Notes under the pieces: model-generated
The model's database searches: none
Told to the model about the DNA's origin: nothing
Seen by the model: only the letters and a program-made list of their open reading frames with translations
Program-made: the position numbers and the translations under genes
Shown here: in pieces, positions 50,849 to 64,000 of the stretch
How positions within the stretch are numbered: the stretch's first letter is position 1
Layout of the letters: each line of letters begins with the position of its first letter
From: the human T2T-CHM13v2.0 reference genome, Homo sapiens
Reading direction: 5' to 3'
Length of the DNA stretch: 64,000 nucleotides
NCBI GenBank assembly: GCA_009914755.4
Contig: CP068257.2
Location: forward strand, 6,624,001-6,688,000

Positions 50849-53800
50849 TCAACCCGACTGGAGTGAAATAAAATGGAATGGAATGGAATGGAATGGAATA
50901 AAATGGAATGGAATGGAATGGAAACAACGCGAGTGGAATGGAATGGAATGGAAGGGAGTAACCAGAGAGGAATGGAATGGAATGGAGTGAAATGGAATGG
51001 AATAGAATGGAATGGAATGGAATGGAATGGAATGGAATAGAATGAAAGGGAAAGGAATGGAATGGAAATAACCCCAGTGGAATGGAATGGATTGGAATGG
51101 AATGGAATGGAATGGAATCAACCCCAGTTGAATGGAATGCAATGGAATGGAACGGAATATAATGGAATGGAACGGAAGCATCCCGAGTGCAATGGAATGG
51201 TATGGAATGCAACAGAATGGAATGGAACAGAACGGAATGAAATGGGATGGAATAGATTGATTGCGAGTGGAATGGAATGCAATGGAATGGAATGGAATGG
51301 AATGGAACGCATTGGAATGGATTGGAATGGAAAGGAATGGATTCAACCCGATTGGAATGTAATTGATTGGAATGGAATGGAATGGAATGGAATGGAATGG
51401 AATGGAATGGAATCAACACGAATGGAATGGAACGGAATGGAATGGAATGGAATGGAATGAAAGGGAAAGGAACAGAATAGAATCAACCCAAGTGGAATGG
51501 AATGGAATGGAATGGAAGGGAATCAACACGAGTGGAATGGAATGGAAAGGAATGCAATGGAATGGAATGGAATGGAATGGAATGGAATGGAATGGAATGG
51601 AATCAACCCGAGTGGAGTAGAATGGAATGGAATGGAATCAACCCCAGTGGAATGGAATGGAATGGAATGCAATAGAATTGAATGGAATGGAATGGAACGG
51701 AATTCAATGGAATCAACCCAAGTGGAATGGAATGGTATGGAATGCAATGGAATGGAGTGGAACAGAACGGAATGGAATGGAATGGAATTGATTGAATCCG
51801 AGTGGAATTGAATGGAAGGGAATGCATTGGAAAGGAATGGAAAGGATTCAACCCGCGTGGAATGTAATGGATTGGAATGGAGTGGAATGGAATGGAATGG
51901 AATGGAGTGGAATGGAATCAACACAAATGGAATGGAATAGAATGGAAAGGAATGGAATGCAATGGAATGGAATGCAATGGAATGGAATGAAATGGAATAA
52001 ACCGGAATGTAATGGAATGGAATTAAATGGAATAAACCGGAATGTAATGTAATGTAATGGAATGGAATGGAATGGAATGGAATGGAATGAATTGGAAAAA
52101 ACCCGAATGGAATGGAATGGAATGGAATGGAATGGAAGGGAATGGAAACTACTGGAATGGAATGGAAACAACCCGAGTGGAATGGAATGCAATGGAATGC
52201 AATGGAATGGAATGGAATGGAATGGAATGGAATGGAATGGAATGTAAAGGAATGGAATGGAATAGAATGGAATTGTATGGAATGCAATGGTATGGAATTT
52301 AATGGAATGGAACGGAACGGAACAGAATGGAATGGAATTCACCCCAATGGAATTGAATGGAATGGAATGGATTGGAATGCAATGGAACGGAATTAACCCG
52401 AGTGGAATGGAATGTAATGGAATGGAGTGGAATGTAATGGAATGGAGTGGAATGTAATGTAAAGGAATGGAGTGGAATGTAATGGAATGGAGTGGAATGG
52501 AATGGAATGTAAAGGATTGGAATGGAATGGAATGGAGTGGAATGGAGTGGAATGGAATGGAATGGAATCAACCCGAATGGAATGGAACGGAATGGAATGG
52601 AATGGAATGGAATGGAATGGAAAGGAATGGAATGCAACGGAATAGAATGGAATCAACCCGAATGGGTTGGAATGAAATGGAATGGAATGTAACGGAATGG
52701 AATGGAATGCAATGGAATGGAATGGAATGGAAAGGAATGGAATGCAACGGAATAGAATGGAATCAACCCGAATGGGTTGGAATGAAATGGAATGGAATGA
52801 AATGGAATGGAATGATATGGAATCAACCGGAGTGTAATGTAAATGAATGGAATGGAATGGAATGGAATAGAATGGAATGGAATGGAATGCTATGGAGTCA
52901 ACAAGAGTGGAATGGAATGGAATGGAATGGAATGCAATGCAATGGAATGGAATGCAATGGAATGGAATGGAATGGAATGGAATGAACCCAAATGGAGTGG
53001 AATGGAACGGAATGCAATGGAATGGAATGGAATAACATGCAATCACCTTTGGTGGAATGGAATGGAATGGAATGGAATGGAATGGAATCAACCAGAGTGG
53101 ACTGCAACGGAATAAAATGGAATGGAATGGAACTGAATGGAACGGAACGGAACGGAATTGAATACAATGGAATCAACCCAAGTGGAAAGGAATGGAATGG
53201 AATGGAATGGAATGGAATAACATGCAATCAATGTTGGTGGAATGGCATGGAATGGTATGGAATGGAATGGAATGGAATGGAATGGAATGGAATGGTATGG
53301 AATGGAATGGAATAAAAAGGCATGGAATGGAATGGAATCAACCCGAGGGGAATGGAATGGAATGGAATGGAATGGAATGGAAACAATACAATGCAGTGGT
53401 ATCAACGCGAATGGAATGCATTGGAACGGAATGGAATGGAATCACCCTGAATGGATAGGAATGGAATGGAAAGGAATGGAAAGGAATGGAATGGAATGGA
53501 AACTAATGGAATGGAATGGAAAAAACTCGAGTGGAATGGAATGGAATGGAATGGAATGGAATGGAATACAACAAAATGGAAACAACCCGAGTGGAATGGC
53601 ATGGAATGGAAAGGACCTGAATATAATGGAAAGGATTGGAATCAACGCGATTAGAAACTAATGGAATGGAATGGAATGGAAGGGAATGGAATGGAATGGA
53701 ATGGAATGGAATGGAAAGGAATCTACCCGAGTGGAATGGAATGTAATGGAATTAAATGGAATGGAATGGAATGGAAAGGAATGGAATGGAATCCACCCGA

Positions 53801-56150
53801 GTGGAATGGAATGGAATGGAATGCAATGGAATTGAACGGAATATAATGGAATTCAATGGAATCATCCCGAGTGGAATGGAATGGTATCTAATGCAATGGA
53901 ATGGAACGGAACAGAACGGAATGGAATGGAAAAAATAGATTGAATCCAAGTGGAATTGAATGGAATGGAATGGATTGGAAAAGAATGGAATGGATTGGAA
54001 TGGATTGGAATGGAATGGAATGGAATGGAATGGAATGGAATCAACACGAACAGAATGGAACGGAATGGAATGGAATGGAATGGAATGGTATGGAATGAAA
54101 TGGAAAGGAACGGAATAGAATCAACCCAAGTGGAATGGAATGGAATGCAATGGAAGGGAATCAACACGAGTGGAATGGAATGGAAAGGAATACAATGGAA
54201 TGGAATGGAATGGAATGGAATGGAATGGAATGGAATCAACCCGAGTGGAGTAGAATGGAATAGAATGGAATCAACCGCAGTGGAATGGAATGGAATGGAA
54301 TGGAATAGAATGGAATTCAATGGAATCAACCCGAGTGGAATGGAATGGTATGGAATGCAATGGAATGGAGTGGAACAGAACGGAATGGAATGGAATGGAA
54401 TTGATTGAATCCGAGTGGAATTGAATGGAAGGGAATGCGTTGGAAAGGAATGGAAAGGATTCAACCCGAGTGGAATGTAATGGATTGGAATGGAGTGGAA
54501 TGGAATGGAATGGAATGGAATGGAATGGAATGGAATGAATTGGAATAAACCCGAATGGAATGGAATGGAATGGAATTTAATGGTGTGGAATGGAATAAAC
54601 ACCAGTGGAATGGAATGGAATGGAATGGAATGGAATGGAATTGAATGGAAAGGAATGAAATCAACCCGAGTAGAATGGAACAGAATGGGATGGAATGGAA
54701 TGGAATGGAAATGAATGGAATCAACTGGAATGGAATGAAATGGAATGGAATGGAGTGGAATGGAATGGAATGCATTGGAATCAACAAGAGTGAAATGCAA
54801 TGGAAAGGAATGGAATGGAATGGAATGGAATAGAATGGAATCACCCGAGTGGAGAGAAATAAATTGGAATGGAATGGAATGGAATCAACCTGAGTGGAAC
54901 GGAATGGAATGGAATGGAATGGAACGGAATGGAATGCAATGGAATGGAATGGAATGGAAACTACTGGAATGGAATGGAAACAACCCGAGTGGAATGAAAT
55001 GCAAAGGAATGGAATGGAGTGGAATGGAATGGAACGGAATGGAATGGAATTGAATGGAATGGAGTCAACACAAGTGGAAAGGAATGGAATGGAATGGAAT
55101 GGAATGGAATGGAATGGAATGGAATGGAATGGAACGGAATAAACACCAGTGGAATGAAATGGAATGGAATGGAATGGAATGGAATGGAATGGAATGGAAT
55201 GGAATGGAAAGGAATGAAATCAACCCGAGTAGAATGGAACGGAATGGAATGGAATGGAATGGAATGGAATGGAAAGGAATGGAATCAGCTGGAATGGAAT
55301 GAAATGGAATGGAATGGAGTGGAATGGAATGGAATGCAATGGAATCAACAAGAGTGAAATGCAATGGAATGGAATGGAATGGAATGGAATGGAATGGAAT
55401 GGAATGGAATTGAATCAACCCGAGTGGAGTGAAATAAAATGAAATGGAATGGAATGGAATCAACCTAAGTGGAACGGAATGGAATGTAATGGAATCGAAT
55501 GGAATGGAATGGAATGCAATGGAATCAACTGGAATGGAATTGAATGGAATGGAATGGAATGGAATGGAATGGAAAGGAACGGAATCATCCTGAGTCAAAT
55601 AGAATGGAATGGAATGGAATCGAATGGAATGGAATGGAATGGAATGGAATGGAATGGAATGGAATGGAAACTACTGGAATGGAATGGAAACAACCCGAGT
55701 GGAATGGAATGCAATGGAATGGAATGGAGTGGAATGGAATGGAATGGAATGGAATCAACACGAGTGGACTGCAACGGAATGAAATGGAATGGAATGCAAT
55801 GGAATGGAATGGAATGGAATGGAACGGAACGGAACGGAATTGAATGGAATGGAATCAACCCAAGTGGAAAGGAATGGAATGGAATGGAATGGAATGGAAT
55901 GGAATGGAATGAAATAGCATGCAATCAAATTTGGTGGAATGGTATGGAATGGTATTGAATGGAATGGAATGGAATGGAATTGTATGGAATGGAATGGAAT
56001 TTAACCGAGTGGAAAGGAATGTAATGAAATTAAATGGTATGGAATGGAATGGAATGGAATGGAATGGAATGTACCCGAGTGGAATGGAATGGAATGGAAT
56101 TTAATGGAATGGAATGGAATAGAATGATATGGAATCAACCCGAGTGGAAT
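50849..56150 (+). repeat. HSat3 higher-order repeat, copy 2 (about 5.3 kb, about 99% identical to copy 1)
   Basis: Same markers at +5301. A diverged 'ggagtaaccggagagg' at 56251 (+5296) marks the start of a third, more diverged unit. Confidence 0.85.
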
Positions 56151-59100
56151 GGTATAGAATGGAACGTAATGGAACGGAATGGAATGGAATAAAATGGAAT
56201 GGAATGGAATGGAATGGAAACTACCCGAGTGGAGTGGAATGGAATGGAATGGAGTAACCGGAGAGGAATGGAATGGAATGGAGTGGAATGTAATGGAATA
56301 GAATGGAATGGAATGGAATAGAATAGAATGAAATGGAAAGGAACGGAATGGAAATAACCCGAGTGGAATGGAATGGAATGGAATGGAATGGAATGGAATG
56401 GAATGGAATGGAATCAACCCCAGTTGAATGGAATGGAATGGAATGGAATTTAACGGAATATAATGGAATGGAACGGAATCATCCTGAATGGAATGGAATG
56501 GTATGGATTGCAACAGAATGGAATGGAACAGAACGGAATGAAATGGAATGGAATAGATTGAATGCGAGTGGAATGGAATGGATTGGAATGGAATGGAACG
56601 GATTGGAGTGGAATGCAATGGAATCAACACCAATGGGATGGAACGGAATGGAATGGAATGGAACGGAATGGAATGGAATGGAACGGAATGGAATCAACCC
56701 GATTGGAATGGAATGGAATGGAATGGAATCCACCCGAGTGGAATAGAATGGAATGGAATGCAATGGAATTGAACGGAATATAATGGAATTAAATGGAATC
56801 ATCCCGAGTGGAATGGAATGGTATCTAATGCAATTTAATGGAATGGAGCAGAATGGAATGGAATAGAAAGAATAGATTGAATCCAAGTGGAATTGAATGG
56901 AATGGAATGGATTGGAAAGGAATGGAATGGAATGGATTGGAATGGAATGGAATGGAAAGGAATGGATTCAACCCCAGTGGAATGTAATGGATTGGAAAGG
57001 AATGGAATGGAATGGAATGGAATGGAATGGAATCAACACGAATGGAATGGAACGGAACGGAATGGAATGGAATGGAATGGTATTGAATGAAATGGAAAGG
57101 AACGGAATAGAATCAACCCAAGTGGAATGGAATGGAATGGAATGGAATGGAATGGAATGGAATGGAATGGAATGGAATCAACCCGAGTGGAGTAGAATGG
57201 AATGGAATGGAATCAACCCCAGTGGAATGGAATGGAATGGAATGCAATAGAATGGAAAGGAATGGAATGGAATGGAATTCAATGGAATCAACCCGAGTGG
57301 AAAGGAATGGTATGGAATGCAATGGAATGGAGTGGAATGGAATGGAATCAACGCGAGTTGAATGGAATGGAATGGAATGGAACGGAATATAATGGAATGG
57401 AACGGAATCATCCCGAGTGGAATGGAATGGTATGGAATGCAATAAAACGGAAAGGAACAGAACGGAATGAAATGGAATGGAATAGATTGAATGCTAGTGG
57501 AATTCAATGGAATGGAATGGATTGGAATGGAATGGAATGGATTGGAGTGGAATGGAATGGAATCAACACGAATGGGATGGAACGGAATGGAACGGAATGG
57601 AATGGAATGGAATAGAATGGAATGAAATGGAATGGAATGGAATCAACCCGAGTGGAATGGAATGGAATGGAATGGAATCCACCCGAGTGGAATGGAATGG
57701 AATGGAATGCAATGGAATTGAACGGAATATAATGAAATTAAATGGAATCATCCCGAGTGGAATGGAATGCTATATAATGCAATGGAATGGAATGGAACAG
57801 AACGGAATGGAATGGAAAGAACAGATTGAATCCAAGTGGAATTGAATGGAATGGAATGGATTGGAAAGGAATGGAATGGATTGGAATGGATTGGAATGGA
57901 AAGGAATGGATTCAACCCGAGTGGAATGTAATGGATTGGAATGGAATGGAATGGAATGCGATGGAATGGAATGGAATGGAATCAAAAAGAATGGAATGGA
58001 ACGGAATGGAATGGATTAGAATGGAATGGAATGGAATGGAATGGAATGAAATCAACCCGAGTAGAATGGAACAGAATGGAATGGAATGGAATGGAATGGA
58101 AAGGAATGGAATCAACTAGAATGGAATGAAATTTAATGGAATGGAGTGGAATGGAATGGAATGCAATGGAATCAACAAGAGTGAAATGCAATGGAATGGA
58201 ATGGAATGGAATGGAATGGAATGGAATGGAATGGAATCAACCCGACTGGAGTGAAATAAAATGGAATGGAATGGAATGGAATGGAATGGAATAAAATGGA
58301 ATGGAATGGAATGGAAACAACGTGAGTGGAATGGAATGGAATGGAATGGAGTAACCAGAGAGGAATGGAATAGAATGGAGTGAAATGGAATGGAATAGAA
58401 TGGAATGGAATGGAATGGAATGGAATAGAATGAAAGGTAAAGGAATGGAATGGAAATAACCCGAGTGGAATGGAATGGAATGGAATGGAATGGAATGGAA
58501 TGGAATGGAAGCAACCCCAGTTGAATGGAATGCAATGGAATGGAACGGAATATAATGGAATGGAACAGAAGCATCCCGAGTGCAATGGAATGGTATGGAA
58601 TACAACAGAATGGAATGGAACAGAACGGAATGAAATGGGATGGAATAGATTGATTGCGAGTGGAATGGAATGCAATGGAATGGATTGGAATGGAATGGAA
58701 CGCATTGGAATGGATTGGAATGGAAAGGAATGGATTCAACCCGATTGGAATGTAATTGATTGGAATGGAATGGAATGGAATGGAATGGAATGGAATGGAA
58801 TGGAATCAACACGAATGGAATGGAACGGAATGGAATGGAATGGAATGGAATGGAATGAAATGGAAAGGAACAGAATAGAATCAACCCAAGTGGAATGGAA
58901 TGGAATGGAATGGAAGGGAATCAACACGAGTGGAATGGAATGGAAAGGAATGCAATGGAATGGAATGGAATGGAATGGAATGGAATGGAATGGAATGGAA
59001 TCAACCCGAGTGGAGTAGAATGGAATGGAATGGAATCAACCCCAGTGGAATGGAATGGAATGGAATGCAATAGAATTGAATGGAATGGAATGGAACGGAA

Positions 59101-59449
59101 TTCAATGGAATCAACCCAAGTGGAATGGAATGGTATGGAATGCAATGGAATGGAGTGGAACAGAACGGAATGGAATGGAATGGAATTGATTGAATCCGAG
59201 TGGAATTGAATGGAAGGGAATGCATTGGAAAGGAATGGAAAGGATTCAACCCGCGTGGTATGTAATGGATTGGAATGGAGTGGAATGGAATGGAATGGAA
59301 TGGAGTGGAATGGAATCAACACAAATGGAATGGAATAGAATGGAAAGGAATGGAATGCAATGGAATGGAATGCAATGGAATGGAATGAAATGGAATAAAC
59401 CGGAATGTAATGGAATGGAATTAAATGGAATAAACCGGAATGTAATGGA

Positions 59450-61830
59450 ATGGAATGGAATGGAATGGAATGAATTGGAAAAAACCCGAATCGAATGGAA
59501 TGGAATGGAATGGAATGGAAGGGAATGGAAACTACTGGAATGGAATGGAAACAACACGAGTGGAATGGAATGCAATGGAATGCAATGGAATGGAATGGAA
59601 TGGAATGGAATGGAATGTAAAGGAATGGACTGGAATAGAATGGAATTCTATGGAATGCAATGGTATCGATTTGAATGGAATGGAATGGAACGGAACGGAA
59701 TGGAATGGAATTGACTCCAATGGAATTGAATGGAATGGAATGGATTGCAATGGAATGGAACGGAATTAACCCGAGTGGAATGGAATGTAATGGAATGGAG
59801 TGGAATGTAATGGAATGGAGTGGAATGTAATGTAAAGGAATGGAGTGGAATGTAATGGAATGGAGTGGAGTGGAATGGAATGGAATGGAATGGAATGGAA
59901 AGGAATGGAATCAATCCGGGTGGAATGGAATGGAATGTAACGGATTGGAATGGAATGGAATGGAGTGGAATGGAGTGGAATGGAATGGAATGGAATGGAA
60001 TGGAATCAACCCGAATGGAATGGAACGGAATGGAATGGAAAGGAATGGAATGGAATGGAATGGAATGGAATGAAATGGAATAAACCGGAATGTAATGGAA
60101 TGGAACGGAATGGAATGGAATGGAATGGAATGGAATGAATTGGAATAAACCCGAATGGAATAGAATGCAATGGAATGCAATGGAAAGGAATGGAATGGAA
60201 TGGAATGGAATGGAGTGGAATGGAATAAACACCAGTGGAATGAAATGGAATGGAATGGAATGGAATGGAATGGCATGGAATGGAATAAAATCAACCCGAG
60301 TAGAATGGAACGGAATGGAATGGAATGGAATGGAATGGAAAGGAATGGAATCAACTGGAATGGAATGAAGTGGAATGGAATGGAGTGGAATGGAATGGAA
60401 TGCAATGGAATCAACAAGAGTGAATTGCAATGGAATGGAAAGGAATGGAAAGGAATGGAATGGAATGGAATGGAATTGAATCAACCCGAGTGGAGTGAAA
60501 TAAAATGAAATGGAATGGAATGGAATCAACCTGAGTTCAACGGAATGGAATGGAATGGAATGGTATCAACAAGAGTGGAATGGAATGGAATTGAATGGAA
60601 TGGAACGGAATGGAATGAAATGGAAAAAACTGGAATGGAATGGAATGGAAAGGAATGGAACGGAATCAACCTGAGACAAATAGAATGGAATGGAATGGAA
60701 TGGAATGGAAGGGAATGGAAACTACTGGAATGGAATGGAAACAACACGAGTGGAATGGAATGCAATGGAATGCAATGGAATGTAATGGAATGGAATGGAA
60801 TGGAATGGAATGTAAAGGAATGGACTGGAATAGAATGGAATTCTATGGAATGCAATGGTATCGATTTGAATGGAATGGAACGGAACGGAACGGAATGGAA
60901 TGGAATTGACTCCAATGGAATTGAATGGAATGGAATGGATTGCAATGGAATGGAATGGAATTAACCAGAGTGGAATGGAATGTAATGGAATGGAGTGGAA
61001 TGAAATGGAACGGAGTGGAATGTAATGTAAAGGAATGGAGTGGAATGTAATGGAATGGAGTGGAATGGAATGGAATGGAATGGAATGGAATGGAAAGGAA
61101 TGGAATCAATCCGGGTGGAATGGAATGGAATGTAACGGATTGGAATGGAATGGAATGGAGTGGAATGGAGTGGAATGGAATGGAATGGAATGGAATGGAA
61201 TCAACCCGAATGGAATGGAACGGAATGGAATGGAAAGGAATGGAATGGAATGGAATGGAATGGAAAGGAATGGAATGCAACGGAATAGAATGGAATCAAC
61301 CCGAATGGGTTGGAATGAAATGGAATGGAATGAAATGGAATGGAATGATATGGAATCAACCGGAGTGTAATGTAAATGAATGGAATGGAATGGAATGGAA
61401 TAGAATGGAATGGAATGGAATGCTATGGAAACAACCCGAGTGGAATGGAATGGAATGGAATGGAATGGAATGGAATGGAATGGAATGCAATGCAATGGAA
61501 TGGAATGCAATGGAATGGAATGGAAAGGAATGGAATGGAATGGAATGGAATGAACCCTAATGGAATGGAATGGAACGGAATGCAATGGAATGGAATGGAA
61601 TAACATGCAATCAACTTTGGTGGAATGGTATGGAATGGAATGGAATGGAATGGAATGGAATGGAATGGAATGGAATGGAATCAACCAGAGTGGACTGCAA
61701 CGGAATAAAATGGAATGGAATGGAACTGAAAGGAACGGAACAGAACGGAATTGAATAGAATGGAATCAACCCAAGTGGAAAGGAATGGAATGGAATGGAA
61801 TGGAATGCAATGGAATGGAATGGAATAGCA
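59450..61830 (+). repeat. Approximately 1.2-kb tandem duplication within distal HSat3 (two copies, about 59.45-60.64 and 60.64-61.83 kb)
   Basis: Track ORFs 59840..60073 and 61035..61370 share MEWNVMEWSG.EWNGMEWNGKEWNQSGWNGMECNGLEWNGMEWNGVEWNGMEWNGINPNGMERNGMERNGMEWNGME (offset 1195). 59455..59769 matches 60640..60909; on the - strand 59648..60529 matches 60843..61280. Confidence 0.75.
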
Positions 61831-64000
61831 TGCAATCAAAGTTGGTGGAATGGCATTGAATGGTATGGAGTGGAATGGAATGGATTGGAATGGTATGGAA
61901 TGGAATGGAATAAAAAAGCATGGAATGGAATGGAATCAACCCGAGAGGAATGGAATGGAATGGAATGGAATGGAATGGAATGGAATGGAATGGAAATAAA
62001 GCAAACCGAGTGGAATGGAATGGAATGGAATGGAATGGAATGGAATCAACACAAATGGAATGGAATGGAATGGAATGGAATGGAATAGAATGGAAAGGAA
62101 TGGAATGCAATTGAATGGAAAGGAATGGAATGGAATAAACCCGAATGGAATGGAATGGAATGGAATGGAATGGAATGGAATGGAATGGAAAGAATTAGAA
62201 TAAACCCGAATGGAATGGAATGGAATGGAATTTAATGGTGTGGAACGGAATAAACACCAGTGGAATGAAATGGAATGGAATGGAATGGAATTGAATGGAA
62301 AGGAATGAAATCAACCCGAGTAGAATGGAACAGAATGGAATGGAATCGAATGGAATGGAAAGGAATGGAATCAACTGGAATGGAATGAAATGGAATGGAA
62401 TGGAGTGGAATGGAATGGAATGCATTGGAATCAACAAGAGTGAAACGCAATGGAAAGGAATGGAATGGAATGCAATGGAATTGAATGGAATGGAATAGAA
62501 TGGAATCAACCCGAGTGGAGTGAAATAAATTGGAATGGAATGGAATGGAATCAACCTGAGTGGAACGGAATGGAATGGAAAGGAATGGAACGGAATGGAA
62601 TGCATTGGAATCAACTGGAATGGAATGGAATGGAATGGAACGGAATCAACCTGAGTCAAATAGAATGGAATGGAATGGAATGGAATGGAATGGAATGGAA
62701 TGGAATGGAAACTACTGGAATGGAATGGAAAAAACCCGAGTGGAATGGAATGCAATGGAATGGAATGGAGTGGAATGGAATGGAATGGAATGGAATAAAC
62801 ACGAGTGGACTGCAACGGAATGAAATGGAATGGAATGCAATGGAATGGAATGGAATGGAACGGAACGGAATGGAATTGAATGGAATGGAATCAACCCAAG
62901 TGGAAAGGAATGGAATGGAATGGAATGGAATAGCATGCAATCAAATTTGGTGGAATGGTATGGAATGGTATGGATTGGAATGGAATGGAATGGAATTGTA
63001 TGGAATGGAATGGAATTTAACCGAGTGGAAAGGAATGGAATGGAAATAACCCGAGTGGAATGGAATGGAATGGAATGGAATGGAATGGAATGGAATGGAA
63101 TGGAATCAACCCCAGTTGAATGGAATGGAAAGGCATGGAACGGAATATAATGGAATGGAACGGAAACATCCCGAGTGGAATGGAATGGTATGGAATGCAA
63201 CAGAATGGAATGGAACAGAACGGAATGAAATGGAATGGAAAAGATTGAATGCGAGTGGAATGGAATGGAATGGAATGGATTGGAATGGAATGGAACGGAT
63301 TGGAGTGGAATGGAATGGAATCAACACGAATGGGATGGAAACAAATGGAATGGAATGGAATGGAATGGAATGGAATGGAACGGAATGGAATCAACCCGAT
63401 TGGAATGGAATGGAATGGAATGGAATCCACCCGAGTGGAATGGAATGGAATGGAATGCAATGGAATTGAACAGAATATAATGGAATTAAATGGAATCATC
63501 CCGAGTGGAATGGAATGGTATCTAATGCAATTTAATGGAATCGAACAGAACGGAATGGAATAGAAAGAATAGATTGAATCCAAGTGGAATTGAATGGAAT
63601 GGAATGGATTGGAAAGGAATGGAATGGACTGGAATGGATTTGAATAGAAAGGAATGGATTCAACCCGAGTGGAATGTAATGGATTGGAATGGAATGGAAT
63701 GGAATGGAATGGAATGGAATGGAATGGAATGGAATCAACCCGAGTGGAGTAGAATGGAATGGAATGGAATCAACCCCAGTGGAATGGAATGGAATGGAAT
63801 GCAATAGAATGGAAAGGAATGGAATGGAATGGAATTCAATGGAATTCACCGGAGTGGAAAGGAATGGTATGCAATGCAATGGAATAGAGTGGAATGGAAT
63901 GGAATCAACGAGAGTTGAATGTAATGGAATGGAATGGAACGGCCTATAATGGAATGGAACGGAATCATCCAGAGTGGAATGGAATGGTATGGAATGCAAT

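Larger units (their letters stand above)
41011..64000 (+). repeat. Human Satellite III (HSat3): (GGAAT)n on the + strand with regularly interspersed diverged 'CAACCCGAGT/CAACACGAGT/AAACCCGAATGG' units. The array continues beyond the window end.
   Basis: More than 22 kb of GGAATGGAATGGAAT… with the HSat3-characteristic CAACCCGAGTGGAATG motif. No interruptions by transposons and a single orientation throughout. Confidence 0.97.

Noticed and set aside
41011-64000. Dozens of long ORFs (up to 389 aa, e.g. 46192..47361 on the - strand, 44564..45406, 41730..42539) with repetitive 'MEWNGMEWNG…' or 'HSIPFHSIPF…' translations
   Set aside because: Pure periodicity artefacts. GGAAT and ATTCC pentamers contain no stop codon in several frames, so any long satellite run produces open frames on both strands. 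There are no start or stop contexts and the ORFs overlap in all frames.

Overview
This window reads as human (catarrhine primate) juxtacentromeric DNA. No convincing cellular protein-coding gene is present, and there is nothing prokaryotic or operon-like in it. It is best treated as satellite-edge or accessory sequence rather than a new coding system. The window has two parts.

Positions 1-41010 are a dense, nested mosaic of interspersed repeats.
- A 48-bp tandem satellite (about 17 units, 1-815).
- An ancient L1 (ORF1 remnant at 1100-1900, ORF2 pieces from 2755 and 8041-13085) shattered by a Tigger1 DNA transposon (2866-6116) and about 20 Alu insertions.
- Two MaLR-type LTR pieces, one abutting a 56-57-bp minisatellite.
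- A probable ERV-L provirus (18288-32619): diverged LTR pair, a perfect 18-nt tRNA-Leu(CAA) primer-binding site, and a polypurine tract. It has itself been invaded by a near full-length L1PA element (21497-27690), four Alus and a 35-36-bp minisatellite of about 33 units.
- A solo LTR.
- A CpG-rich promoter-like island with ETS and YY1 motifs (about 35.7-36.5 kb).
- A 5'-ward L1 ORF2 fragment that is cut off exactly where the satellite starts.

Positions 41011-64000 (continuing past the window end) are Human Satellite III: GGAAT pentamers on the + strand, punctuated by CAACCCGAGT-type diverged units. Inside it is an approximately 5.3-kb higher-order repeat present as two adjacent copies about 99% identical (about 45.55-50.85 and 50.85-56.15 kb). 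Flanking these are more diverged and rearranged related blocks, including an approximately 1.2-kb tandem duplication at about 59.45-61.8 kb.

All long ORFs in the supplied track inside the satellites are periodicity artefacts. The only real ORFs are the decayed L1 ORF1/ORF2 and Tigger1 transposase remnants. All family assignments are from memory of consensus sequences and motifs; no database search was run.
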